Shown: positions 1 to 9,110, numbered from the stretch's first letter. The stretch is 19,489 nt of DNA from Armatimonadota bacterium (GCA_043754515.1 JAYUUO010000010.1:1-19489); one strand, 5' to 3'. Made by a program: numbers and translations. The notes: generated from the sequence alone by a model not told the origin.

Positions 1-944
1 TGGCGGGAGCATTCGGGTCGAAAGTTTGGCATGGAGCAGGGAATGACGTCCGTCCGGCGTCGGCTCCATTCGTACGGCAATGCCGCGCGGCGCGGAGAGA
101 AGGCGTATGTTCGCGGTGGTTGCGCTTGAGGCGATCACAGCGGACCTTTCTTTGGGTGTATCCGTGTTGGAAACCGCCCCGAAGTTGAGAGATTGAGGCG
201 ATACCGTGTACTCCCCTGTCGCGGTGTAATGCACCTGAATCAGCACGGGCGGTAATCCCGGCTCTAGTAGCGGCGTGAGCAATGCCGCAGAGTTGTAGAC
301 ACCCGGTGTCCTCAATGCGGTGACCGACAACCGCGCCACGGCGGCTTTACCGTTGCTACCAGGAACTATATTCAACGACACATCTCCGACGTCCGGCAGC
401 GAATGCGTGAGACGAACCGGCCTACCCGATGCTCGGGAAACGGTTACGCTAGCGGTTTTGGTCGCTCCTCCGGTGATGTTGCCGAAATCCACTGCATCGG
501 AGGGAGTGACGACTCCGGTTTGACTGTCCCGGTGAGATGCAACGCGATGGGACTATCCGGTGTCTCTCGGGTGAAGAGGCTCACTTCTTTGGAGATCGGG
601 CCGGGTCGCTTCGTAGAATCGAACGCGATTATAAGGCTCGCGGAACCATGCGCGGGAATAACGGAAAGATCGCTGGTGGTCGTGCAACCACAGGAAGTGG
701 AGATGCGGGATACATGGAACGGCGCATCCCCGTTGTTAGATACCCGCGTGTTAGTAGACGGGCACGAACCCTCTATTACCGTGCCGAGATCGAGTATGGG
801 CGAGTCGAAGCGGGCAGTGCCCCCCCCCCCCCACAAATGCACTATCGTGGCGTGACCCAGCGCAACACCGCCGATGGTACATAACCCTGCCACAATTAGA
901 CTCACTGCTTTTCCGTCTATTTTCGTCAATATAGGGCAAGCCAC
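1..944 (-). pseudogene. DUF1573 / Ig-like multi-domain exported protein, interrupted by a 1-nt frameshift near 519-521; runs off the left edge of the window
   Basis: ORF 444..944 has an N-terminal hydrophobic stretch and the DUF1573 pattern (DLGTV...N.GD.P....I.TSCGCT...IP.......I.FDS...PG...K.V). After LTGTVK, a second minus-strand frame stays open to base 1 and reads TGVVTPSDAVDFGNI...YTVSPQSLNFGAV. The real start may be the GTG at 905. Confidence 0.7.
820..832 (-). repeat. G13 homopolymer (C13 on + strand) in the 5' part of the DUF1573 gene
   Basis: Direct reading of 13 consecutive C; encodes W-G-G-G-G on the minus strand. Confidence 0.9.
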
Positions 945-957
945 GTGTCGTTGTCAA
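928..957 (-). promoter_or_regulatory. Putative sigma70 promoter for the DUF1573 gene
   Basis: Minus strand TTGACA-N18-TATATT. Confidence 0.5.
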
Positions 958-1069
958 TGCCTGTCTGAAATTATTTCTTTGGTCACGTCTGATATCACTC
1001 CACTGGCTTTAGCAAGGCCACCGGCGCGGGCGATACGATACGCAATCGGTTCTCGAAAAGGAGACAATC

Positions 1070-1621
1070 ATGCTAGGTCCTATCATCGTCGGGGAGCGCG
1101 TCCGCCTCGCGCCGCCCACACCCGAAATGCTCGAAACGTTCTGCCGCTGGTTCGCCGACACCGAGGTCACGCGCTACCTCGCTAATATCTTCCCGTACAC
1201 CCTCGACGCGGAAAAGGAGTGGTTCGCGAACGTCGCGAAGAGCGAGCGCGGCGTTTTCTGGGCGGTGTTCGCGACAGACGAGCCGGGGGATCGGCTGATC
1301 GGCACGACCGGCATTCACGACATTCATGCGATCAACCGCTCGGCGCATAGCGGCAACCTGATCGGCGAGAAGGGCGAGTGGAACAAGGGCTACGGCACCG
1401 AAGTGGTGCGGATCCGCACCCGGTTCGCGTTCGACGAACTCAATCTGAACAAGATCAGCACAAACGTATACCTGCCGAATGTCGGGTCGAAGCGCGTGCT
1501 GGAGAAGGCCGGGTACCGCGAAATCGGCGTCGCCCGGCAGGACGTCTGGCGCGGGGGGAAGTGGCTCGACAAGTGGTACGCCGAGATCCTGCGCGACGAC
1601 TGGCTGGAAACGAACCGCTAA
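1070..1621 (+). CDS. GNAT N-acetyltransferase, RimJ/RimL family
   Basis: RBS AAAGGAG; motifs W..D.EVTRYL, IGEKGEWNKGYGTE, AFDELNLNKI, N.GSKRVLEKAGY. Confidence 0.9.
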   Translation: MLGPIIVGERVRLAPPTPEMLETFCRWFADTEVTRYLANIFPYTLDAEKEWFANVAKSERGVFWAVFATDEPGDRLIGTTGIHDIHAINRSAHSGNLIGEKGEWNKGYGTEVVRIRTRFAFDELNLNKISTNVYLPNVGSKRVLEKAGYREIGVARQDVWRGGKWLDKWYAEILRDDWLETNR

Positions 1622-1635
1622 AGGGTTAAGGCACG

Positions 1636-1675
1636 AAAAAAGGTCGGGCATTCATGTTGAATGCCCGACCTTTCT
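1636..1675. terminator. Bidirectional intrinsic terminator between the GNAT gene and tRNA-Pro
   Basis: Long inverted repeat AAGGTCGGGCATTCA-tgt-TGAATGCCCGACCTT with an A-run on the left and T-rich sequence on the right, between convergent genes. Confidence 0.85.
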
Positions 1676-1679
1676 GCTA

Positions 1680-1753
1680 TCGGGGCAGCGGGATTCGAAC
1701 CCACGACCTCTACCACCCCAAGGTAGCGCGCTACCAAGCTGCGCCATGCCCCG
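1680..1753 (-). tRNA. tRNA-Pro(GGG), CCA not encoded
   Basis: Reverse complement folds as a cloverleaf: acceptor CGGGGCA/TGCCCCG, D-arm GCGC-AGCTTGGTA-GCGC, anticodon stem CTACC/GGTAG with loop TTGGGGT, T-loop GGTTCGAATCC, discriminator A. Confidence 0.95.
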
Positions 1754-1766
1754 AAACCGCCTGCTC

Positions 1767-1795
1767 ACTGTATCGCGCTTACGTGCCGCTGTCAA
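1767..1795 (-). promoter_or_regulatory. Sigma70 promoter for tRNA-Pro, overlapping the 3' end of the S66 peptidase gene
   Basis: Minus strand TTGACA-N17-TACAGT ending 13 nt upstream of the tRNA. Confidence 0.7.
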
Positions 1796-2771
1796 ACCGG
1801 AAAGTGTTCCGGGCGAGGTTAACGGTTCCCGTTGCGCCGACCGGGAGCGTCAGGCGGCGGCTGATGTGCCCGTAAGCCACCCCGGACGCGACGGCCACGG
1901 ACAGCGGCGTGTTTGCGAGTACCAGGCGCGGGACGCCGATTGCGAGCCGTGCGTTCTCGTCGTCGCCCGCGCCGTTGAACGAACCGATCAGCACCCCGGC
2001 TAGATCCTCCAGGAGCCGCGCGTGTCTGAGTTGTGTTAGCATCCGGTCTACCGCGTACAACTCCTCGTGAACGTCCTCAATGACCAGAATCGCGCCGCCC
2101 ATATCCGGCAGGTACGGCGTGCCGATCAGCGAAACGAGTAGTGAAAGGCAGACGGGGAACACGGGCGCGGTGATCGCCCCGCCTTCGCCTGAGGGTGCAC
2201 GATGAGTCACCCAACCGGGCGCGTCCTCCGGCGGCGCGTAGGTGCTACCGAACCCGCTAATTCCCACCGCCTGCCAGAATGACGCCTCGCTGAACGGGTC
2301 CAGCGTGCCCTCGCCGAAGCCGTCCCCGGCAGTCGCCATGATCCCCGAGAAGGACGCGACGCCCGCGCGGCTCGCGAGAGCCAGCGACAGCGCGGTAATA
2401 TCAGAGTAGCCGATGACTGGCTTCGGGTCGGCGCGGATTGCCGCGTAATCGAGCCGATCAAGAATCCGGGCGCATCCGTACCCGCCGCGAGTACACAGAA
2501 TCAGGTCTATCTCCGGGTCCGCGAAGAAGCGGTTCATATCGCCCGCGCGTTGATCGTCCGACCCCGCGAGGTACAGGTAGCCGAGTTCCGCCGCGTTGCC
2601 GCCCGCATTATTGCCCAGCACGACGGTGTAGCCGCGCCCCTCAAGTACCCGTGCCGCCCGCTCAATTTCGGGAAGGGGGCTGGGGCCGGCGGGCGAGACC
2701 AGGCCGATGGTGCCGCCGACGGGGAGCGGGCGCGGGAGGGATAGTTTGCCAGACTTCATGAAGTTTCGCAT
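1779..2771 (-). CDS. LD-carboxypeptidase (peptidase S66, LdcA/MccF family)
   Basis: IGLVSPAG, YLAGSD.QRA, TRGGYG, catalytic Ser in GYSDITAL, Glu in ILVIED, His in YGH; RBS AGGAG. Confidence 0.92.
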   Translation of the reverse strand: MRNFMKSGKLSLPRPLPVGGTIGLVSPAGPSPLPEIERAARVLEGRGYTVVLGNNAGGNAAELGYLYLAGSDDQRAGDMNRFFADPEIDLILCTRGGYGCARILDRLDYAAIRADPKPVIGYSDITALSLALASRAGVASFSGIMATAGDGFGEGTLDPFSEASFWQAVGISGFGSTYAPPEDAPGWVTHRAPSGEGGAITAPVFPVCLSLLVSLIGTPYLPDMGGAILVIEDVHEELYAVDRMLTQLRHARLLEDLAGVLIGSFNGAGDDENARLAIGVPRLVLANTPLSVAVASGVAYGHISRRLTLPVGATGTVNLARNTFRFDSGT

Positions 2772-2935
2772 AGTGCTCCTAGTTTCGCGAGCATGTCTCG
2801 TGTTCCTGCTTGCCGCGGGGGCGGTTGAACAGGAGTCGGGGTATTTGTCCGAGGCGGTCGCCCTTAGGACGTCACCTTGTGCGCGCGGGGCGTTAGCGGT
2901 TACACTGGTGAAGCCCCAGGCTCAGAGGCTGACAT

Positions 2936-3559
2936 ATGACCGACTTCATCCCTACCGACTTTCTTATTACCATGCCCCTCGCGCGACTCCCGTCCGCCGC
3001 CATCTTCGACTGCGACGGGACGCTCATTGATACGATGCCCCTCCATTATGTCGCGTGGCGCAAGACGCTCGACGATCTGGGGCTTGCGCGCGTGTTCCCG
3101 GAAGCGCAGTTCTACGAGTGGGGAGGGACACCCGCGAAGGAGATCATCGAGCGTCTGAACGCGCAACACGGTTTGACGCTGGACGCGCACCCGCTCGCGA
3201 ACCGGAAGGAAGAACAGTACCACCTGCTGATCTCCGACGTTCAAATCGTCGCGCATGTTGTCGAGGAGGCCCGCCGCCTGAACAAAGCCGGGGTACCGCT
3301 CGCGGTCGCCTCCGGCGGGCGGCGGGATGTCGTGGAAGCCTCGCTCGTGAACGTCGGAATCCGCGACCTGTTCGGGCCGATAGTCGGCTCCGAGGACGTA
3401 CCGAATGGCAAGCCCGCCCCGGACGTATTTCTGCGAGCAGCGGAACTGCTCGGCGTCGTGGCGGCGGACTGCGTCGTCTTCGAGGACGCACCCGCGGGGA
3501 TACTGGCGGCGTACCGCGCCGGAATGCGGGTGGTAGACGTCACAAAGTCCGCGAAGTGA
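2936..3559 (+). CDS. HAD-superfamily phosphatase (beta-phosphoglucomutase/YqaB/CbbY-like)
   Basis: Motif I FDCDGTLIDT, motif II VASGG, GKPAPDVF, motif IV VFEDAPAGI.AA..AGM. Confidence 0.92.
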   Translation: MTDFIPTDFLITMPLARLPSAAIFDCDGTLIDTMPLHYVAWRKTLDDLGLARVFPEAQFYEWGGTPAKEIIERLNAQHGLTLDAHPLANRKEEQYHLLISDVQIVAHVVEEARRLNKAGVPLAVASGGRRDVVEASLVNVGIRDLFGPIVGSEDVPNGKPAPDVFLRAAELLGVVAADCVVFEDAPAGILAAYRAGMRVVDVTKSAK

Positions 3560-5030
3560 ACTCGCCCGCAATCCGGGCTATGTCACCGTGCAAAGCGCGG
3601 TCGGCGCGGAGCGGTTCGAACGGCGGGAGGTCGGGCGGGGGAAGGGCGACGCGCTCCGTCGCCTTACCGTCGCGGCGCAGGAAGTCAAGTTGGGCGGCTG
3701 ACATGTGGAGCACGGCGAGGATGGCGGCGAGCCGGTCGGTCTGCCGGTAGGCGGTCTGGGCGGCGAGGGTCGCCATCGGCACCACGTCCTGATTGTCGGC
3801 GTTGGTCGGGATCGAGGAGGTCGCGAACTGCTGGCACGCCCCGCGCATTTCGGCGAGAAGCGCGGTCGCGGTGAGTTGCGCCCCGGCGAGTCCGCTGTCC
3901 CGGCCCGGCTCATAAGCGAGCAGGAGCGGCGCGAATTCGTTGTGACGCGACGGCGTGCAGAGCAGGGCTATCTGCCGCTCGGCTAGCACGGCTACCTGGG
4001 TCAGCGCGGCGTTCAGCGTGTCGGCGGCGAACCCAACCGCCTGCCCGTGGAAGTTGCCGCCGTGTAGAACGCGGTCGGTGAAAAAGACCGGGTTGTCGTC
4101 CACCCCGTTGATCTCGGTCTCGATCACGGCGCGGGCGTACGATATGTTCTGTCGGCACGCGCCCAGAATCTGCGGGGCGCACCGGAGCGAGTACACTTCC
4201 TGAAGGGGCCGCGAGACGTCCTCGTACTCCCCATGTCGCTCCGCCTCCTCGCGAATGTGCCGCGCGCTTTCGATCTGCCCCGCGTGCCGCCGGACCTGAT
4301 GCAACCGGTCATCGAGCGCGGCGGCGCGGCAACCGAGTAGCCGATAGAGCCAGCCGGTGAGCGTCTCCGAAAGGGCGAGAAGTCGTGCCGCGCGAGACAC
4401 GGCGAGCGCGGCGTAGGCACTCAGAAAGGAGGTGCCGTTGACGAGTGCTAACGCCTCGCGCCCGGAGAGTGTTCGCGGCTTCAAATCGGCACGCCTTAAA
4501 CACTCCGATGCCGAAAGCCGCTCCCCGTCATAAAACGCTTCCCCCTCGCCCATGAGAACACGGGCGATGTGCGCAAGCGGAACCAGATCGCCGGACGCGC
4601 CGACGGAGCCGGACTCCGGCACGAACGGTACGATGCCCGACCGGAGCAGGGCGGCGTAAGCATGAGCGATGCCGCTCTCGACCCCCGAGTGCCCGCGCCC
4701 CAGCGTGTGAAGCCGCAGATACAGAGTCGCGCGAACGACTTCCAGCGGTGCCGCCGCGCCGTACCCTGCGGCGAGGTGCGCGATGAGCGAGGCTCCGAGT
4801 TGCGCGTCGCCCCCGACCTCCGTTACCACATGGGGTCCGAACCCAGTCGTGGTCCCGTAGATCGGCGTGCCCGCATCCTGCTGGCGCAAATAGTCGGCAT
4901 GTGAGGCGTCCATGCTTTCGGCGGTCGCTTCATTCAGGTAGATGTTCGGATAGTCGCGTGTCGCTACCTGCTGGACTGTTTCGGACACCAGGTCGGTGAA
5001 GGTGCCGATGTTATTGGATTCGGGGGGCAT
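3540..5030 (-). CDS. MIO-dependent aromatic amino acid ammonia-lyase, probably tyrosine ammonia-lyase (TAL)
   Basis: IYGTTTGFG, MIO-forming GSVGASGDLVPLA, REALALVNGTS, LQEVYSLRCAPQ, DDNP, HGGNFHG, TNADNQDVV. Start placed at ATG 5030 (MPPES) because the longer ORF overlaps the upstream gene. Overlaps the convergent HAD gene by 20 bp. Confidence 0.9.
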   Translation of the reverse strand: MPPESNNIGTFTDLVSETVQQVATRDYPNIYLNEATAESMDASHADYLRQQDAGTPIYGTTTGFGPHVVTEVGGDAQLGASLIAHLAAGYGAAAPLEVVRATLYLRLHTLGRGHSGVESGIAHAYAALLRSGIVPFVPESGSVGASGDLVPLAHIARVLMGEGEAFYDGERLSASECLRRADLKPRTLSGREALALVNGTSFLSAYAALAVSRAARLLALSETLTGWLYRLLGCRAAALDDRLHQVRRHAGQIESARHIREEAERHGEYEDVSRPLQEVYSLRCAPQILGACRQNISYARAVIETEINGVDDNPVFFTDRVLHGGNFHGQAVGFAADTLNAALTQVAVLAERQIALLCTPSRHNEFAPLLLAYEPGRDSGLAGAQLTATALLAEMRGACQQFATSSIPTNADNQDVVPMATLAAQTAYRQTDRLAAILAVLHMSAAQLDFLRRDGKATERVALPPPDLPPFEPLRADRALHGDIARIAGEFTSRTL

Positions 5031-5082
5031 TTGCCCGTGATTATACCGCCCCACCCGGCCCGACCCAATGCCACTTCCCGGC

Positions 5083-5745
5083 CTACCCCGCTTCGTAAGC
5101 CTCCCAGAGCGCGGAAGTGAATGCCGTCGCTCCATATCGGTTCGGTATCGGCGAGAGGTCGGCACCCGCGCATAGATACAACTCCTGGTTCGGAGGCGAA
5201 GCGTCCGCGGTAAGCGGGTCACCGGCTCTGGCACCGTGCCCAGCGAACGCCGGGCACACATCGGCGACGGCGGCACCGTGAACTGCGGCTAGCGTGCGCA
5301 GTGTTTCATTATAGCGGGCGACACCCTCGGCGAGATCGGCTTCCTTGCCGTCCATCGGGTCGTAAAGCGTAGGGAGCAGAATCTCGGCACGAAGGGAGAC
5401 CACGCGGAGCGAGGCCAGCACCGCGCCCCCATGTTTGCATAGCTCCGCGCACACCGCCTTCGAATCACCGAACGCTAGCCGGGACAGCTCGCTCGCTCCG
5501 ATTGTCATGGTAATGAGTGACGGAGCGGCGTTTATTTCGAGCAGTCGGGGAAGTTGTACGTAGCGCACCGTCGCCGCCGTCGCGCCGTCCGTCGCCAGCG
5601 CGATCATCTTCCAGGACGGGTCCCCGGCGACCAATCGCTCATAGAAACCGCTCGCCGCGCCCATATATCCGCTACCGTTACGACTCCGCGCGTCGCCGAG
5701 TGAGACGTAATAACGATTAACGGGGGCTATCGGGAGCGGGCGCAT
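5083..5745 (-). CDS. SGNH/GDSL hydrolase-fold protein with degenerate catalytic residues
   Basis: YVSLGDARS (block I), LATDGAT (block II), TMTIGASEL (block III), TLYDP.DG, YNE.LR.LA..HGA.VADV...F.GHG, PNRYGA (block V). Confidence 0.75.
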   Translation of the reverse strand: MRPLPIAPVNRYYVSLGDARSRNGSGYMGAASGFYERLVAGDPSWKMIALATDGATAATVRYVQLPRLLEINAAPSLITMTIGASELSRLAFGDSKAVCAELCKHGGAVLASLRVVSLRAEILLPTLYDPMDGKEADLAEGVARYNETLRTLAAVHGAAVADVCPAFAGHGARAGDPLTADASPPNQELYLCAGADLSPIPNRYGATAFTSALWEAYEAG

Positions 5746-5772
5746 GAGTATTCTGGAGGCGGGCGGGGAGTG

Positions 5773-6717
5773 TTACGCGCCGCTCAACTTGCCTTTGAAG
5801 TACGAGATCGTGCGCGTCAAGCCATCCTCCAGGCTAACTCTCGGCTCCCAGCCGAGCCACTCCTTCGCCTTCGTGATGTCCGGCTTACGTTGCTTCGGAT
5901 CGTCGGCGGTCGGAAGCGGCTCGAAAACGATCTCCGAGGCGGAGGCCGTCAGCCGTTTAATCTCCCGCGCGAACTCCAGCATCGTGCGCTCGGTCGGATT
6001 GCCGCAGTTCATGGGGCCGGCTTTGTCGCTCATCGCCAGCCGGTAAATGCCGTCCACCAGATCTGATACGTAGCAGAACGAGCGGGTCTGCTGGCCGTTC
6101 CCGTATACCGTGATGGGATCGCCGCGCAGTGCCTGGCCGACGAAGTTGGGCACGACGCGCCCGTCATTTAGTCTCATTTTCTCGCCGAAAGTATTAAAAA
6201 TACGGACAATCTTAGTGTCCACGCCGTGGTAGCGGCGGTACGCGACCGTCATCGCCTCGGCGTACCGCTTCGCCTCGTCGTAGCAACCGCGCGTCCCGAT
6301 CGGGTTGACGTTGCCCCAGTACTCCTCGGTCTGCGGATGAACCAGCGGGTCGCCGTACACCTCGGACGTCGAGGTGACCAGGAAGCGTGCCCCCTTCGAC
6401 TTTGCAAGTTCCAGAGCGTGGTAGGTGCCGAAACCGTTCACTCGCAGAATCTCGACCGCTTTGGTCGCGAAGTCCACCGGGGACGCGGGCGACGCCATAT
6501 GATAGATGACATCCACGGAGTCGGCGAACGTGATGCCGTTCGAGACGTCGGTGTTCTCCCACGACAGGCGAGGGTCGTTGGCGAGGTGCGCCAGGTTGTC
6601 GAGAGAACCGGTGAGCAGGTTGTCGAACACGACCACCTCGTAGCCTTCGGCGAGGAGGCGGTCGCACATGTGAGAACCGAGAAATCCGGCACCGCCGGTG
6701 ACGAGAGCGCGTGGCAT
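5773..6717 (-). CDS. UDP-glucuronic acid decarboxylase (UDP-xylose synthase) family SDR enzyme
   Basis: [81 protein letters not shown]. Confidence 0.93.
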   Translation of the reverse strand: MPRALVTGGAGFLGSHMCDRLLAEGYEVVVFDNLLTGSLDNLAHLANDPRLSWENTDVSNGITFADSVDVIYHMASPASPVDFATKAVEILRVNGFGTYHALELAKSKGARFLVTSTSEVYGDPLVHPQTEEYWGNVNPIGTRGCYDEAKRYAEAMTVAYRRYHGVDTKIVRIFNTFGEKMRLNDGRVVPNFVGQALRGDPITVYGNGQQTRSFCYVSDLVDGIYRLAMSDKAGPMNCGNPTERTMLEFAREIKRLTASASEIVFEPLPTADDPKQRKPDITKAKEWLGWEPRVSLEDGLTRTISYFKGKLSGA

Positions 6718-6817
6718 AAAGTGTTAGTTGGGCCTTCCAGTATGTTCGGCGCGGCGGCGCGGCGGGATGCTTAAAGAATAGCCGATAAACAGCCCGCGCG
6801 TCAACCTCCCGAGCGGC

Positions 6818-7700
6818 TCAGGGGAAACGTGCCGCGAGCAACCGGAAAAATAAGGTGGGGGATATGCCCTCCGGTAGCCCTGACACGCCGCCGTCGCCCG
6901 ATTCAACGATTACCCAATCGCCTGCTCCGGTTTGCGCGACGTCAAGACTGATAAAGGGGCTGGAAAAGCGACGGGCGATCTCGCTCTAAACCGCAATGTT
7001 CTCCGTGTAATCCGGCTCTCGGACGAAGGGCGCGTGACAGAAACACTCGCCCCCACCGAAGAACAGGCGGTGTTCCTTGTGTTCCGGCTGGCCGAACGAC
7101 GTTTCTCCGATCTGTCGCAACGGGGCGAACCGGCGCAACACAAACCCGCCCGCGAAGTCCGTCCCGCGATAAGCGAGCAGGGCGTTCAGCACGGACTCGA
7201 AATGGGTACGGTCCGATTTCGCCGGCAGGTAGCACGCCTCGCGCCACTTGTGCTTCGCCGACTTCACATAGTCCTTCACTACCGCGGCGGGGCGTGACCA
7301 CGCCTCGTAGAGTTCCCAGGCGGCGGGAATGTTCGCCCCGTTTGTCCAGACCGTCTCCGGGGTGGAGCCTTTCAAATGCGCGTAGGCGTTCGGCAGATAG
7401 CGGGCTTCGCTATACTGCTCGGAGGTAGTGAGGAGTCGGAACCCGCGCTGTTCGCGCAGGGCATTGTCGAGGTCGGCGTACTCGGAACCCGTCAGCATCC
7501 AGCCGCGATACAGGATCGGCGCGTCGGTCTCCGGCGCGTTCCCAGTCGCGATTAGCGCGTCGCAAATCCCCGTCGCGGAGTGACTCCATATGGTACAAAA
7601 CGACGGCGAACCCGGCGTCGCGTGCCGCGTCTGCTTCGTCCGCGAAGTCCGGATCGGGGATGCGCTTGTCGTACATGTCGGAGGGGAATAGTAAGTGCAT
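6818..7700 (-). pseudogene. ATP-grasp (R2K-type) protein pseudogene with a frameshift (~7520-7560) and an in-frame TAG (6986-6988)
   Basis: N-terminus MHLLFPSD...PDPDFADE..AA in one frame; ILYRGWML, VVKDYVKSAKHKW.EAC and GGFVLRRF in another; beyond the TAG the same frame continues SPFISLDVAQ...DWVIVESGDGGVSGLP to TGA at 6818-6820. Confidence 0.8.
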
Positions 7701-7727
7701 GCCGCTTCGGGGATCTTTCGGGCGGGG

Positions 7728-8447
7728 CTATGTGGATTTTATACCACCGAACGCGGCGAACACCGCGTTCTTATGGAGTATCTCTATTCCGGTGAATCCG
7801 GTCTGGCGGAGCAAGTCGAGCTGATACCAGAGCGGCCTCGGAGTGTCTTCTTTTTCGATGTACGCGAATACCCGGTCACGATACTCCGTGCCATTTAGCC
7901 CTTCCAGGTACGCGCCATAGCGATCCCACATAAGTGCTTGGACGCCTACGTTTGATGCTTCCACTATATCTGATACCCACAAACCGCCGCCGGGTCGCAG
8001 GGCTCGAAACAGTTTAGCGTAGACCGTCTCCCACTCGAAGTCGTCTCGGAGGTGGTGCAACACGGAGCCAGCGACGATCACATCGAACGTGTTCTCGTCA
8101 AGATCGAGATCGCGTATGTCCCCCTGACGCGTCATGACCGCTCCCATGGTGGCCGCGCCGACCCACTCCAAGGCTCGGGCGAGCATCGGCTCCGACAGGT
8201 CAACGAGCGTCACGTCGCGGCCTGGTAGCCGCTCCAGCAAGGCGAGCGTAAAGTTGCCTGCGCCGCAACCGAGATCCAGCATATGGGCGGCTGTCGGTGT
8301 CACTGCGAGCGCGGCGTCCGCGATCAGGTCGAGCGCGAGCACTGCGTCAATTAGCGCGGTTTGCCCGATTTCGCGTTTGCTGAACCGTTCGACCTCGGCA
8401 TCGAAGCGGGCGCGGATCTCTTCCACAGTAGATTTAGTCGGCGTCAT
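7728..8447 (-). CDS. Class I SAM-dependent methyltransferase
   Basis: MLDLGCGAGN, VTLVDLSEPML, FDVIVAGSVLHHL, LRPGG.L.VSD. Confidence 0.9.
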   Translation of the reverse strand: MTPTKSTVEEIRARFDAEVERFSKREIGQTALIDAVLALDLIADAALAVTPTAAHMLDLGCGAGNFTLALLERLPGRDVTLVDLSEPMLARALEWVGAATMGAVMTRQGDIRDLDLDENTFDVIVAGSVLHHLRDDFEWETVYAKLFRALRPGGGLWVSDIVEASNVGVQALMWDRYGAYLEGLNGTEYRDRVFAYIEKEDTPRPLWYQLDLLRQTGFTGIEILHKNAVFAAFGGIKST

Positions 8448-8465
8448 AGTTGCTGTGGTTTCCCT

Positions 8466-9110
8466 TCAGACCGCGAAAACATCCAACACGGCGACCGACA
8501 AGCCGGGGAATACCTCGCTCGCCGCCGCTTCGCCGATGGCATAAACGGCCGCCGTCTCGACCTCGCCGCCTTGAAGCAGACGCAACACCTCCACCGTCTC
8601 CACGCCCGGCGAAACGACCCAACATTCGCGCACCTCGACCGCGCAGTAGTCGGCGATCTTAGACGACAACACGGACTTCGTGTCCGACTGCGACAGAATC
8701 TCGACGACCAGTTCGGGGGCGGGGGACAGTCCGCCGGGAGCGTCGGCAGGTAGATTTAACGCGAGCCGATCGTGGCTGATGAAAAGCGCGTCGGGTTGCC
8801 GGGTTCTGATCGGTACACGGCGTACCGTCACGTCACACGGTGCCGCGAGTGCTTCCCCCCGTTTTTGAGCCAGTTCGAACGCGAGGAACGCGACATAGAC
8901 GTTTCCCTGGATGCGTTGATGCCGCTTTGTCGGCGATGCCACAAAGTAACGTATCCCGTCTATAATGTCGTAGCGTCTGCGTACCGTCTCTTCGGCGAGA
9001 TACTCCTCGTATGTCATCGGGCGTGTGATGCCGGGGATCTCGGTGCCGTGTGCTTTCCTGTTGTCCGCGTGTACATTTCCTCTCGGTTTTTTCACGGATG
9101 CGATTGCCAT
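8466..9110 (-). CDS. Uma2 (DUF820) family putative restriction endonuclease
   Basis: MTYEEYL, SPT..HQRI, RQPD, APELVVEILS, K..DY....V.E.WVVSP; start at ATG 9110 with RBS AAGGAG. Confidence 0.88.
   Translation of the reverse strand: MAIASVKKPRGNVHADNRKAHGTEIPGITRPMTYEEYLAEETVRRRYDIIDGIRYFVASPTKRHQRIQGNVYVAFLAFELAQKRGEALAAPCDVTVRRVPIRTRQPDALFISHDRLALNLPADAPGGLSPAPELVVEILSQSDTKSVLSSKIADYCAVEVRECWVVSPGVETVEVLRLLQGGEVETAAVYAIGEAAASEVFPGLSVAVLDVFAV

Noticed and set aside
1..1680. Possible genomic island integrated at the tRNA-Pro 3' end
   Set aside because: No integrase and no duplicated tRNA 3' fragment in the window; the tRNA is followed directly by an ordinary terminator
5031..5276. N-terminal 82-aa extension of the ammonia-lyase ORF
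   Set aside because: Overlaps the SGNH-like gene, is Arg-rich and non-homologous, and a TATAAT sits just before ATG 5030
6781..6788. Perfect GCCGATAA sigma28 -10 box
   Set aside because: On the + strand pointing antisense into the pseudogene, with no correctly spaced -35
6986..6988. Amber codon as programmed pyrrolysine/readthrough recoding
   Set aside because: The same gene also has a frameshift, and TAG is used as a normal stop elsewhere in the window (e.g. pilT, pilC)
7728..9110. Uma2 nuclease plus methyltransferase as a restriction-modification pair
   Set aside because: The methyltransferase lacks DNA-MTase catalytic motifs (DPPY/NPPY or PCQ) and looks like a small-molecule/RNA class I enzyme; Uma2 genes are commonly scattered singletons
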